Assembly (NCBI GenBank): GCA_043804695.1
Contig: JAZDIV010000048.1
Coordinates: 5,941 to 69,940, forward strand
Length of the DNA stretch: 64,000 nucleotides
Source: PVC group bacterium
GTDB lineage: Bacteria > Auribacterota > Erginobacteria > Erginobacterales > Erginobacteraceae
Direction of reading: 5' to 3'
Made by a program: the position numbers and the translations under genes. The notes below the pieces were generated by a model. The model was not told where the DNA came from, ran no database searches, and saw only the letters and a list, made by a program, of their open reading frames with translations. Each line of letters begins with the position of its first letter. Positions within the stretch are counted from its first letter, which is position 1. Shown here piece by piece: positions 45,053-54,663 of the stretch.

Positions 45053-46051
45053 TCAGAATTTGATTGCTGCCCGTACCAGCTCCATGGTCTCGGCGGCGGC
45101 GGAGCGGGCCCGGGCCGCGCCTTCTGCCAGCACGTCCTCAATCCGGTGATCCCGGAGCCAGTAGTTTCGCTGTTCCTGAAGCGGCTCTAAAAACCTGATC
45201 AGGGCGCCGGCCAGGCAGTTCTTGCACTCCGTGCATCCCCGCTTCGCGTTCCGGCACCAATCCTCGACCTCCGGCAGCATCCCGGCGTTGAGAAGCCGGT
45301 GATAGGCAAAGACGGTGCAGTCCTCCGGATGGCCCGGATCCCGGAGCCGGATCCGGCGGGTGTCGGTTATCATCCCCCCGACTTTGTTCCGGATCACTTC
45401 CGGCGGATCGGCCAGGGCGATAAAATTGTCGTAGCTCTTGCTCATCTTCCGGTTATCCAGACCCGGCAGCCTCGATGACGCGGTGAACAGGGGCCGGGGC
45501 TCCGGGAAAACGGGCGCATACAGGTTATTGAAGCGCCGGGCGATCTCCCGGGTCAGCTCCAGGTGCGGGACCTGGTCAATCCCGACCGGCACCGCCGTCG
45601 CCCGGTAGATCATGATGTCCGCCGCCTGGAGGACGGGATACCCCAGGAAACCATAGGTCAGAAGGTCTCTCCCCCTGATCTCCCTCAGCTGCTCCTTGTA
45701 CGTCGGACACCGCTCCAGCCACGGCAGGGGGGTCAGGGACGACAGCAAGAGGTGCAGCTCGGCGTGTTCTTTCACGTCGGACTGGACGAAGATAGTGCTT
45801 CTTGCCGGATCGAGCCCGGCGCTGAGCCAGTCGGCGGCACATTCCCGGACATATTTCCTGATCAGGCCGGGGTTTTCATACTCGCTTAAAAAAGCGTGCC
45901 AGTCGGCCACCATGTAAAAACACTGATATTCGTCCTGGAGCGAGACCCAGTTGAAGAGAGCGCCGAAGAGGTGCCCGAGATGGAGAGGCCCGGTCGGCCG
46001 CATCCCGCTTAAAATTTTTCTTCGAAAAATCTTATTATTATCTTTTTCCAT
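45053..46051 (-). CDS. trpS: tryptophan--tRNA ligase
   Basis: 332 aa; MRPTGPLHLGH (HIGH) and KMSKS motifs. Confidence 0.9.
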   Translation of the reverse strand: MEKDNNKIFRRKILSGMRPTGPLHLGHLFGALFNWVSLQDEYQCFYMVADWHAFLSEYENPGLIRKYVRECAADWLSAGLDPARSTIFVQSDVKEHAELHLLLSSLTPLPWLERCPTYKEQLREIRGRDLLTYGFLGYPVLQAADIMIYRATAVPVGIDQVPHLELTREIARRFNNLYAPVFPEPRPLFTASSRLPGLDNRKMSKSYDNFIALADPPEVIRNKVGGMITDTRRIRLRDPGHPEDCTVFAYHRLLNAGMLPEVEDWCRNAKRGCTECKNCLAGALIRFLEPLQEQRNYWLRDHRIEDVLAEGAARARSAAAETMELVRAAIKF

Positions 46052-46085
46052 AAATAAACCCGGAATTATTGAGTCTCCGTTTATA

Positions 46086-47396
46086 TCAATGCTTTTTTAA
46101 CTTGTCAACCAACTGATGAGCCAACCTGAGTTCTTCTTCCCGCGACCGAACCATACCGTCGAGGCGGGCGGCGAGCAGCTCGTGCAGGATCCTTTTGTAT
46201 GCCGGCCCCGGGGGCAGACCGAGTTCTTTCAGGTCTTCGCCCCCCACCTCGCCCGCGGCCGACCGGTAGCCGCTCAGGTAGGTTCTGATCCGGCGGTCGG
46301 ACTCATCCGAGCCGATCCGGGACATGATAATCAAAACGATCTCCGGGGAGCGCCCCTGGAGGAGGAAGAAAATCCGGCTGGGCGGGACATCATCCGGGGA
46401 AGACAACACCCGGGCGATCTCCCTTGCGTCTTTTTTCCCGGCCAGCAGCTGATCGAGGTACTGCCGGGACAGATTGAACTTCTCCCCGGTCCGGGCGGTA
46501 TCAGCCGCCGAGAGGGGGACCAGGAGGGCGCCGAAGTACAGCCGGAAACGGCTGACATCCTCAGCGGGAAAGGCCCGCCTGAACCAGTCGTGATTCCGAT
46601 TGACCCGGTCCAGAAGAGCCGCCAGTTCCCGGGAGTAGGCAAGACGGGGGTGGATAAACCGGAGTTCGTCATACCGGGCCATGGCGGCGACCGCGGACGG
46701 AGGATCCGGCTCCCGGAAGATCAGTTCCAGCTCATGCCGCAGCCGTTCCGGAGACACCTTCTCGAAGAGCCGGAGATCGACCGCGGTCCTCATCAGCTCT
46801 TCCGTCCGCGGCTCGATCATGAAACCGAGCCGCTGCTGGAAACGGACGGCCCGGAAAATGCGGGTCGGATCATCCCGGAAGCTCCGCTCGTGCAGCACCC
46901 TGATAACGCGGGCCCGGAGATCGGCCAGCCCTCCGCAGAGATCGATCAGCCGGCCGAACCGCCCCTCGTTCAGAGAGAAGGCCATGGCGTTGATGGTGAA
47001 GTCCCTGCGGAGCAGATCCTCTTTCAGCGATCCGGGCAGGATCCGGGGGAGAGCTCCGGGCTCGGGGTAATATTCCTCCCGGGTGGTGGTGACATCAATC
47101 TTGATCCCGCCGGGCATGATCACCAGGGCGGTGGCGAAGCGTCGATAGAGCTTATAACAGCCGCCGACCGAGCGGGCGAATTCGCGGGCGAACTGGAGAC
47201 CATGAGCCTCGACCAGGATGTCGAGGTCGAAGTTGTCTCTTCCCCCTTCCAGCAAGTCCCGCACCGAGCCGCCCACGCAGAAGACGTTCCAGCCCCGGGC
47301 ATCGGCAAAGCGGCCGATCATACGCAGGATTTTTATCAGGCGGGGAGACAGCCTCTCGCTGATGATCGGGTTCAGGTCAATTGATTCATCCATCAT
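46086..47396 (-). CDS. tRNA nucleotidyltransferase (CCA-adding) / poly(A) polymerase family protein
   Basis: 436 aa; class II NTase head GGSVRD...DxD and RDFTINAMA; no HD domain evident. Confidence 0.75.
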   Translation of the reverse strand: MMDESIDLNPIISERLSPRLIKILRMIGRFADARGWNVFCVGGSVRDLLEGGRDNFDLDILVEAHGLQFAREFARSVGGCYKLYRRFATALVIMPGGIKIDVTTTREEYYPEPGALPRILPGSLKEDLLRRDFTINAMAFSLNEGRFGRLIDLCGGLADLRARVIRVLHERSFRDDPTRIFRAVRFQQRLGFMIEPRTEELMRTAVDLRLFEKVSPERLRHELELIFREPDPPSAVAAMARYDELRFIHPRLAYSRELAALLDRVNRNHDWFRRAFPAEDVSRFRLYFGALLVPLSAADTARTGEKFNLSRQYLDQLLAGKKDAREIARVLSSPDDVPPSRIFFLLQGRSPEIVLIIMSRIGSDESDRRIRTYLSGYRSAAGEVGGEDLKELGLPPGPAYKRILHELLAARLDGMVRSREEELRLAHQLVDKLKKH

Positions 47397-47530
47397 ATTA
47401 ATTAGCGCCTTCGGCGCTACTTAATAGCGGACCCCGATTGATTCAATCGGGGTCTGTTGGTTAACTAAAATTCTTACATCGATTCGCCATTATACAAAGG
47501 CCCCATAACCTCAGCCAACTTTTATTCTTG
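47397..47530. repeat. ~130 bp dispersed repeat (family 3), copy 3
   Basis: ttaattagcgccttcggcgctacttaatagcggaccccgattgattcaatcggggtctgttggttaactaaaattc... Confidence 0.85.
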
Positions 47531-47596
47531 AAGTATCCGTTAGCCGCAGGCCACAAGTTTCACAATTTTTTATTTTTTCACAGAAAAAATAAAAAA

Positions 47597-47674
47597 CCAC
47601 GAAGAGCACGAAGAGCACGAAGAGGGAAAAACACCTTATCCCGGTTTTCTTCGTGACCTTCGCGAGCTTCGTGG
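47597..47674. repeat. Tandem-unit hairpin, CACGAAG family (copy 2)
   Basis: ccacgaagagcacgaagagcacgaagag...cttcgtgaccttcgcgagcttcgtgg. Confidence 0.8.
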
Positions 47675-47727
47675 CAAATTGCTTTCTTCTGACTGCCGGG
47701 AGAATAACTCTCTCCGATCAGACCGGG

Positions 47728-48648
47728 TTACGGGATATGCGCTTTTTGGCTATCCTTCCGGGGGCGGCCTTTTTTTCTCCGCAACAGGCCGAAAATACCC
47801 CGCGCTTCGAACGCGCGATAATTCTGATAAAAGGCTTCACGGGTTATCCCGTATTTCTTGCAGATCGATCCGACATGGGGTTTGGGGGAGGTCGCCGACT
47901 CGCGGATCATCTCCAGCTTGACCTGGGCGGGATCCTGCCAGTTGAGAAAAGAATGGAGGCTGTAGGTCCTCGCTTCCGGCTTTTTCTCCAGGAAAGGGAA
48001 CGGGATGAAGCCCGGCAGCTGCTTCAGGTATAGCCGGGTCTCTCCGTATTGAGCGATCAGTTTCTTCAGTTCCCGCTGGCCGATGACCCCGAGCAATCCC
48101 CACACTTTAAACTTATTCAGATAGTTGTAGAAATCCTGGCGGGAGAAACTGAAGAAAGAGCTGATGGCCTTCACCCTCAGCTCCGGCTGCGCGTGCACCA
48201 GACGGAGATATTCGTATCGGTTGAGGAACTCATCTTCCAGAGGATAGTGGTACTTCCCGTTCAGCCGGATCAGCTCATTCCGCTGCTGGTCAAGGTAATA
48301 CCGGACCGCGTCGCGGATCCGGGACAGCTCGAACGGCTTGGTGATATAATCATCCACCCCCGCTTTCAGGGCCCGGACCGCGATCTCTTCCGAACCCCTC
48401 CCGGTCAAAATGATTACCTTGGCGAAAGGGAAGAGCTCCTTGATCTCCGGGAACAGTGCCAGCCCGTCAACGCCCGGCATCATGTAATCAAGCAGCACCA
48501 GGTTGGGAATAAAATCCTCCATTTTCCGCAATGCTTCTTTCCCCGAAGAGACCGCGTTGACCGAAAACCCCAGCCGCTGGAAATACTGGACGAGTAGCTC
48601 CCGGACCTGTTTTTCATCATCAACAATCAATATCTTTTTTGAGAACAT
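47728..48648 (-). CDS. response regulator with CheY-like receiver and C-terminal tandem transposase-type HTH domains
   Basis: 306 aa; REC domain (DDE...D...K). The C-terminal half carries two HTH segments resembling IS3-family OrfA HTH (…ICKKYGITREAFYQNYRAF…). Confidence 0.7.
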   Translation of the reverse strand: MFSKKILIVDDEKQVRELLVQYFQRLGFSVNAVSSGKEALRKMEDFIPNLVLLDYMMPGVDGLALFPEIKELFPFAKVIILTGRGSEEIAVRALKAGVDDYITKPFELSRIRDAVRYYLDQQRNELIRLNGKYHYPLEDEFLNRYEYLRLVHAQPELRVKAISSFFSFSRQDFYNYLNKFKVWGLLGVIGQRELKKLIAQYGETRLYLKQLPGFIPFPFLEKKPEARTYSLHSFLNWQDPAQVKLEMIRESATSPKPHVGSICKKYGITREAFYQNYRAFEARGIFGLLRRKKGRPRKDSQKAHIP

Positions 48649-48784
48649 GGTATGCTGGCCTCCTTCATAAATTTGCTCACTTCGCTTGCAAATTAATGTT
48701 AATCACGACTTCAATATAATAAACATACATTGCTGTTGAGACAATAGCTATACCCTATTCGAAAAACTTATCCCTTGGAAACAA

Positions 48785-48874
48785 AACTAATTAAAACCAC
48801 GGAGGACACAGAGCACACGGAGAATTTTAAAAAAATGTGCGAAATCTATTCATTAACATCTATTTTTTCTCCGT
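48785..48874. repeat. Tandem-unit hairpin, CACGGAG variant of the CACGAAG family (copy 3)
   Basis: ccacggaggacacagagcacacggag...ctccgtgatctccgag; both arms changed in parallel relative to copies 1 and 2. Confidence 0.75.
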
Positions 48875-49123
48875 GATCTCCGAGATAGAATTCAAGCCAT
48901 ATTCGAGAATAAGCCGCTTAAAATACCTTTTCGAGTAAGGTATCACTATCCTTACCATAGTTAAAAGGTTTACAGATAGCAAGGATAATTTTTCCTCCGG
49001 GGAAACGGCCCCGCGCAACGCCGCCCCTCCGCGCGCCGCCGACCGCCCGCCTCCCCGGCCGGGGGACGGCGATTTCTCCGCCGGCCGGCGCCCGGGGGGA
49101 CAGCGCGAGACAATGACCGGCTT

Positions 49124-50065
49124 CTATCCGCGGGGATGAAAGCGCCGGTGCACTTCCTTGAGGCGCTCGCGGTCAACATGGGTGTAGATCTGGGTGGTGC
49201 TGATGTTGGAGTGGCCGAGCAGCTCCTGGACCACCCGGAGGTCCGCCCCCTGGCTGAGGAGATGGGTGGCGAACGAATGGCGGAGCGTATGGGGGCCGGC
49301 CTTTTTCTTGATCCCGGCCCGGCGAAGGTAGGTCTTCACCAGACACCAGAGCCATTGCCGCGTAAAGTGCTTTCCCTGCCGGGAGAGGAAAAGGTCCGGG
49401 GAGGCGGACTTCTTGAGCAGAAGCGGACGGGACCACTCCAGGTAATCGGAAAGGGCCCGGGCGGCTTTCCGGCCCAGGGGCACTATCCGCTCCCGGGCTC
49501 CCTTCCCCCAGGCGCGGACAAACCCCGACTGCAGGTTGACGTCATCGACCCGGAGACCGATCAGTTCGGAAGCCCGCAGCCCGCTGGCATACAGCAGCTC
49601 CAGAACCGCCCGGTCTCTTAAACCCAGGGGGGTGGAAAGATCCGGCTGGCCGAGAAGAGATTCCACTTCCGCGATGGAGAGGACCTGGGGGAGTATCTTC
49701 CAGAGACGGGGAGACTCCACCACCTCGGTCACATCCCGCCTCAGGTATCCCTCCAGGGTCAGAAACCGGAAGAGCATCCGGATCGAGACGAGCGTCCGGG
49801 AGAGGGAACGAGGTGTCAGACCGCGATCCTTCTCGGCCAGCAAAAAATCCATCACGTCGTCCCGCTCGACGGCCGCCAATCCTCCTGGGCCCTTCCGGCT
49901 CAAGAACGTGATGAACTTCTCCAGATCGGTCCGGTAACTGCAGGTCGTGTTGGGGCTCAACCCCCGTTCGACATCGAGGTAGCGGATGAACTCATCCAGG
50001 TAGATTTTTCCCGAGGGGAAAAATCTATCGAGTGAAGAAGCCTGGGTAACGTTATCTCGCCCCAT
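49124..50065 (-). CDS. xerD: tyrosine recombinase XerD/XerC
   Basis: Phage-integrase N-terminal SAM-like domain and catalytic R...HxxR...Y (HTLRHSFATHLL...GHSNISTTQIYTHV). The start is taken at the internal ATG (50065) to avoid a 70 nt overlap with the upstream gene. Confidence 0.85.
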   Translation of the reverse strand: MGRDNVTQASSLDRFFPSGKIYLDEFIRYLDVERGLSPNTTCSYRTDLEKFITFLSRKGPGGLAAVERDDVMDFLLAEKDRGLTPRSLSRTLVSIRMLFRFLTLEGYLRRDVTEVVESPRLWKILPQVLSIAEVESLLGQPDLSTPLGLRDRAVLELLYASGLRASELIGLRVDDVNLQSGFVRAWGKGARERIVPLGRKAARALSDYLEWSRPLLLKKSASPDLFLSRQGKHFTRQWLWCLVKTYLRRAGIKKKAGPHTLRHSFATHLLSQGADLRVVQELLGHSNISTTQIYTHVDRERLKEVHRRFHPRG

Positions 50066-50090
50066 AGCTGCGCCGGTTACATTTCCACTA

Positions 50091-50738
50091 TTATTTTTCA
50101 CCAGGAAAAATAATAAAGGGGTTGGAATTCCTTTCTTCGCCGATGGTAGAATGGGGGCCATGACCGGGAAGAATCATCGTATCATCCGGGAAAGACAGCA
50201 GGCGATTCTTGATGCTCGCCATGAGTTGATTCATGGATCCTCCGGGAAAATCAGTGCGGCCGACTCCCCCCGCGAAGAGGGTGTCGCCGGTGAAGACAAG
50301 ATCCGGCTCATCGCCGCGGGGAAGCCGGAGACAGACACTTCCCGGGCTGTGCCCGGGAGTGGACACGACCTTCAGCTTCAGCCGGCCGACCTCGACCTCA
50401 TCATCATCCTGAAGTTCCCGGTCGCAGGCAGGCGAATCGATTCGCCCGAGGCCGAGCAGACTCAAATTACGATCCGGATCGGCCAGAGCACCGGCATCCG
50501 CATGATGAATGAGCAAAGGAACCCCGTACTGCTCTTTCAACGCCCGGTTGGCGGCGATGTGATCGATATGGCCGTGGGTGTTGATCAAGACGACCGGGGT
50601 GAGGTTCTCCCTTTCGATCACCGAGACAATCACATCCGGGTCCCCGCCGGGATCGATGATTGCAGCCTGCCCGTCGTCATCGGCCAGAATGTAACAGTTA
50701 GCCTGAAGAGTCCCGACGACCAGCCTTTTAATCTTCAT
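50091..50738 (-). CDS. MBL-fold metallo-hydrolase (glyoxalase II-like)
   Basis: 215 aa; HxHxDH zinc motif (THGHIDH). Confidence 0.8.
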   Translation of the reverse strand: MKIKRLVVGTLQANCYILADDDGQAAIIDPGGDPDVIVSVIERENLTPVVLINTHGHIDHIAANRALKEQYGVPLLIHHADAGALADPDRNLSLLGLGRIDSPACDRELQDDDEVEVGRLKLKVVSTPGHSPGSVCLRLPRGDEPDLVFTGDTLFAGGVGRTDFPGGSMNQLMASIKNRLLSFPDDTMILPGHGPHSTIGEERNSNPFIIFPGEK

Positions 50739-50785
50739 CTGACGCTTCTCTCCTCTTAAAAAGTATTTTTAACTTGTTATCAGGT

Positions 50786-50850
50786 ATTCTTTCGGATTGC
50801 GTCATTCGTAATTCGACATTCCTTCGGATTTCCTCATTTGAATTTCGGAA
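50786..50850. repeat. GAATGACGAA-family half element (right-arm type only)
   Basis: cattctttcggattgcgtcattcgtaattcgacattccttcggatttcctcatttgaatttcgg. Confidence 0.6.
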
Positions 50851-50851
50851 T

Positions 50852-51538
50852 TTACATCATGCCATGCTCCGCCATGCTGAAATATCCGTCCGTGGTCACG
50901 ATGATATGGTCCAGGATGTCGATCCCGACCGCCCCGCAGGCAGTTTTCAGGCGGACGGTGATCTCCCTGTCCTCGGGGCTGGGGCGCAGGCTTCCTCCCG
51001 GATGGTTGTGGGCGAAGATCAGGCGGGTGGCGTTGTTTCTCAAAGCCGCCGAGATGACTTCCCGGGGATGGACGGCCGACCGGTCGACCGTACCCTGGAA
51101 AAGCTGCTCCGCCTCGATGATCATGTTGGCGTTGTTCAGAAAGACGACCTGGAAAACCTCTTTCTGAAGGCCTCCCAATGACTGCCGGAGGAAATGAAAG
51201 ACCGCCCGGGGAGAACCGGCCAGGGGCCGGGACGCGGCCTCCTCCTTCAGGTAAAGGCCGACCGCCTCCCGTATCAACTGGAGGCCGAATATGTTCTTCG
51301 GCCCCAGCCCCTCGATCTCGCACAGCTGCCCGGGGTCGGCGTTCAAAACCCCTTTCACCGATCCGAATTTTTTGAGCGCGGCCTTGGCCGGGCCCTTGGT
51401 GTCCGTCCGGGGAGTCCCCAGAGACAGAAGAAGTTCAATCACCTCATAATCCTGAAAGCCGCTCAGCCCGGTCCGCCGGAATCGTTCTCTGAGACGCTGC
51501 CGGTGGCCGGATGCGTCGTCTGCCTGCTGTTTCTCCAT
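50852..51538 (-). CDS. radC: RadC-family JAB/MPN domain protein
   Basis: 228 aa; HhH region plus JAMM motif HNHPGG...SPxD. Confidence 0.85.
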   Translation of the reverse strand: MEKQQADDASGHRQRLRERFRRTGLSGFQDYEVIELLLSLGTPRTDTKGPAKAALKKFGSVKGVLNADPGQLCEIEGLGPKNIFGLQLIREAVGLYLKEEAASRPLAGSPRAVFHFLRQSLGGLQKEVFQVVFLNNANMIIEAEQLFQGTVDRSAVHPREVISAALRNNATRLIFAHNHPGGSLRPSPEDREITVRLKTACGAVGIDILDHIIVTTDGYFSMAEHGMM

Positions 51539-51654
51539 TGCCGGTCTCCCGAAAAAATATCTTTATTAATTCCGTTATAATATATTACTATATGGGCTCT
51601 CATCAAACTAACCTAACAACATACTATAAATGAATTGGGTTAAGGAGGCTTCTC

Positions 51655-51984
51655 ATGGAAATAAAAAAATGCGACGGGATCCTGGTAGTGTCGATGGTCC
51701 CGCGGTTCGATGCTTATTCCGCCAAGGAGGTGGAAGCGGACCTGAATCAAGCCATTCTATCCGGAACCGAAAAAATTCTCTGCGATTTTTCCGATACCGA
51801 ATACATATCCTCGGCAGGGCTGAGGGTGCTTCTCGCTACCGCCAAGGCGCTCAAGAAGATCAGGGGAGAGATCGCTCTCTGCGCTCTTAAACCATCCGTT
51901 AAAGAAGTGTTTGAAACAGCCGGCTTCACCCCCCTCTTCAATATCTATGACGGGGAGAAAGAAGCCCTGGCCGGGATGGCGTAA
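51655..51984 (+). CDS. STAS-domain anti-sigma-factor antagonist (SpoIIAA-like)
   Basis: 109 aa; conserved phosphorylatable Ser context (DTEYISSAGLRVLL). Confidence 0.8.
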   Translation: MEIKKCDGILVVSMVPRFDAYSAKEVEADLNQAILSGTEKILCDFSDTEYISSAGLRVLLATAKALKKIRGEIALCALKPSVKEVFETAGFTPLFNIYDGEKEALAGMA

Positions 51985-52069
51985 TAATCCCGTCCCCGGT
52001 TAACGCCGGCACCAGGTAATCGGAGCCAGCATGCTCACGGCCCCGGCGAGAAATTCGCCGGGGCTGTTT

Positions 52070-52942
52070 TTATGGAACGGAGCAGCGAATGTCGACATGG
52101 TCCCGACGTTCGGCAGTATTCTTCTTCAAGCCCGCGGCGAAATACACCAGCGCCGCCATCAGAAGCAGATACCCGTATGCATTGAGCAGAACGCTCAACC
52201 CGGGGGCTAAAAAGCCTGCACCGATGTCTCCAGTTTTGAGCCACCCATTGATCAACAGCGAGATTAAAAGCGGGGAACCGGAAAGAACCACTACAAAGGA
52301 TAAAGTGGAATACAGGTTGGCCCGCACCACCCGGAAACTGTACACGACCGCTTCCACGATCCCGGCGCCTTCAACAACCACGCCCGGGTAAGAAAAGACC
52401 AGGGCGAACATGAGTGCAACTCTCCCCCAGTTGACCACCAGGAGTATGAGGTAATACATGATCCTCTCGCTCGTCAGAGACAGTAAAACTCGCGCTATGG
52501 CCGTTGGTATCAGTATTACCGCCGCCTGCACTATCCCGACCCCGAGGAAACGCCAGAAATAATGCTTCCCGCTCTCCATGACCGCGGCCAGGCTCCATCC
52601 TCCCAGGCCGAGAATAACATCCAGACTTCCCATAATCCCGGCATGAAAAAAGACCAAGACCAATCCAAGGCAGACTATAAAGAATACACTCGTCCAGACC
52701 GGGAGCCCGGCAACATTAAAAATATACCTGCCGGCCGCACAGAAGATGGCGATACCCAGCCACAAAATAACCAGGCAGGGATGTGAATGTACCATCCTCA
52801 GCGCCTGGATGATGGTCTCACCCCTTGGAGGACCTTCAGGCATTCTTCCGGTCATACCGGGAGCTTCACCGATTTTCCGTCGTAGCGCTGCCCCTCTGTC
52901 TGTCTCATGATCGTTCATTTCAAGGCGAGGCACCCCCGTCAC
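52070..52942 (-). CDS. hypothetical polytopic membrane protein (about 6 TM)
   Basis: 290 aa; hydrophobic helices after a ~50 aa charged N-terminus; no family recognised. Confidence 0.4.
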   Translation of the reverse strand: MTGVPRLEMNDHETDRGAALRRKIGEAPGMTGRMPEGPPRGETIIQALRMVHSHPCLVILWLGIAIFCAAGRYIFNVAGLPVWTSVFFIVCLGLVLVFFHAGIMGSLDVILGLGGWSLAAVMESGKHYFWRFLGVGIVQAAVILIPTAIARVLLSLTSERIMYYLILLVVNWGRVALMFALVFSYPGVVVEGAGIVEAVVYSFRVVRANLYSTLSFVVVLSGSPLLISLLINGWLKTGDIGAGFLAPGLSVLLNAYGYLLLMAALVYFAAGLKKNTAERRDHVDIRCSVP

Positions 52943-53973
52943 GACCCGGGGGTATTTTCTTTACCTCTCAGGCTGAAAAGCCTGGACTCGATCATGTCAT
53001 TCACAACAAGCCTGATCTGGGGATCGTTGGGGTCGAAGCCCCGGTAAACCAGCAGGTCCCGGGCGATCGAGAGGGCGCGGGACTTTTTCTCCTCCGGGGT
53101 AATCCGGGAGGGGGCGACTCCTCCTTTCATCGCCGACCGGGAGGCCTGCTCGGCAGCCTCCACCGCGGTCTCCGTCAGGCTCTTGATCACCTCGAAAACG
53201 AAGTCCCTTCCCTTGACGTCATCGATCAGCCGGGTCCAGATCAGGGTAAACCAGCGCTGATAGTGCCGGCCCAGCCAGGGAAGGTTGCTCAGGATAAAAT
53301 GAAGAATCAGGAGAAGCACAGCCGAGGCGGCGTAGGTACTGACGGTAAGGAAATGAGCGACAAAATCCTCCCGGAAAGTCCTCAGGAATGCCGACGCCAT
53401 ATCGGCGAATGATTCATAGCGGGGACGGTCGAGTTCCTCCTTTATCTCGCGGACCTGTTTGGCCTCCGGCGGTGATCCGTAAAAGAACAGGGAGCCCCCG
53501 GCACCGGAGGGATAAATAACCAGCTGATCCGGTTCGATTCCCAGGGAAATCCGGTCGGAGAGGTTCAGTAACTTTTCCCTCATCGAAGAGCCGCTCAGAT
53601 GGAGAAGCGGAAGGGGCACCAGTACGGGTGGGCCTTCGGCGGGAGGGTAGAGCCGGTCCAGGTACTCAGCGACGCGCAGCGCTTCCTCGACCTCGTCCCC
53701 CCTCCCCCGCAGGAAGAGCATTCCCTCTTCAGTGCCGAGGATCGGGAGATGAAGGTACTGCAGGGAAGAGAATATCCCCCAGGTCCGGGCAATGAGATCG
53801 AGGGCGCCCTCGATCTGAGCGGGGGTGGCATTGCGGACCACGACCGGGGCTACCGTCCGGTCATAGGCAGCGGGAGGCTGTCCGACGCCGGCCCGGGCCT
53901 CCTCGGGAGGTTGAGAAAAGCCGGCGGCGGCAGAGAAAACAAACCCGAGAATGACACCGGCAAGGAGCTTCAT
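52939..53973 (-). CDS. hypothetical bitopic protein: signal peptide, periplasmic alpha/beta domain, single C-terminal TM, cytoplasmic tail
   Basis: 344 aa; 4 nt overlap with the downstream membrane gene suggests translational coupling. Confidence 0.4.
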   Translation of the reverse strand: MKLLAGVILGFVFSAAAGFSQPPEEARAGVGQPPAAYDRTVAPVVVRNATPAQIEGALDLIARTWGIFSSLQYLHLPILGTEEGMLFLRGRGDEVEEALRVAEYLDRLYPPAEGPPVLVPLPLLHLSGSSMREKLLNLSDRISLGIEPDQLVIYPSGAGGSLFFYGSPPEAKQVREIKEELDRPRYESFADMASAFLRTFREDFVAHFLTVSTYAASAVLLLILHFILSNLPWLGRHYQRWFTLIWTRLIDDVKGRDFVFEVIKSLTETAVEAAEQASRSAMKGGVAPSRITPEEKKSRALSIARDLLVYRGFDPNDPQIRLVVNDMIESRLFSLRGKENTPGS

Positions 53974-53976
53974 GAC

Positions 53977-54603
53977 CTATCCTTCCGGGGCCGGGCCGGG
54001 AAAATCCTTCTTTAAAATCTTCTTTTCCGCTTCCATGTGACTGAGTTCCCCCTTGAATATCTTCCGGTCGGTCTCTTCGGCCGCCAGTTCTTTCTCCAGC
54101 CCGGCAACTCTTTTTTCTTCCATCTCCTTCTGCTTCTTCAGCCTGATATCTTCCGCCTTTTCTTTCTCGAGCCGTTCCTTCAGTTTCCCCGGACCGGGGG
54201 TTTTCTTCCCTGCTTTTATTTCCCCGGCACACCTCTCCTGATCGGCGTGAAGCTTACCTTCCACTTCCTCCAGTTTTGCCGAGATATCTTCGACCTCGGC
54301 CTTTTCCTCCCGGAGCTGGCCCTTGAAAGTATTTACTTCCTTCACCGAGAAGGCCAGCTCTTCATGGAGCCTGCCGTCCAGATCTTCGACCAGCTCCCGG
54401 GCCACCGGCCTGAGCCGGTTCAGCTCTGCGGAGTACCTCGCGGCGGTCGCAAGGTATTTCTTGTGATGGCGACGGTTCCGGCAGTTTGCCGCCAGCTGAC
54501 GGTACTCCTCCCCCCGGCGATTCATCCGTCGGATCTTCTTCAGGAGTGTGTTTTTACGAATAATGTCCGTCTTGATGGCGTTTTCTATTGCAGTGTGATT
54601 CAT
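53977..54603 (-). CDS. hypothetical charged coiled-coil protein
   Basis: 208 aa, K/E/R-rich heptad-like sequence, no TM segment. Confidence 0.4.
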   Translation of the reverse strand: MNHTAIENAIKTDIIRKNTLLKKIRRMNRRGEEYRQLAANCRNRRHHKKYLATAARYSAELNRLRPVARELVEDLDGRLHEELAFSVKEVNTFKGQLREEKAEVEDISAKLEEVEGKLHADQERCAGEIKAGKKTPGPGKLKERLEKEKAEDIRLKKQKEMEEKRVAGLEKELAAEETDRKIFKGELSHMEAEKKILKKDFPGPAPEG

Positions 54604-54663
54604 GATGTCCCCCTTTCTTGTTTTTCCTCCGGAAAAACAAGAATAACATTAATCGTTCTTATC

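Noticed and set aside
48970-49179. 69-aa minus-strand ORF overlapping the 3' end of xerD
   Set aside because: GC-rich Arg/Pro/Gly low-complexity translation in the alternative frame of a real gene.
50091-50161. Longer xerD start at 50161 (345 aa) as given by the ORF track
   Set aside because: It would overlap the upstream MBL gene by 70 nt and add an N-terminal extension not found in XerC/D. The internal ATG at 50065 gives a standard-length recombinase.
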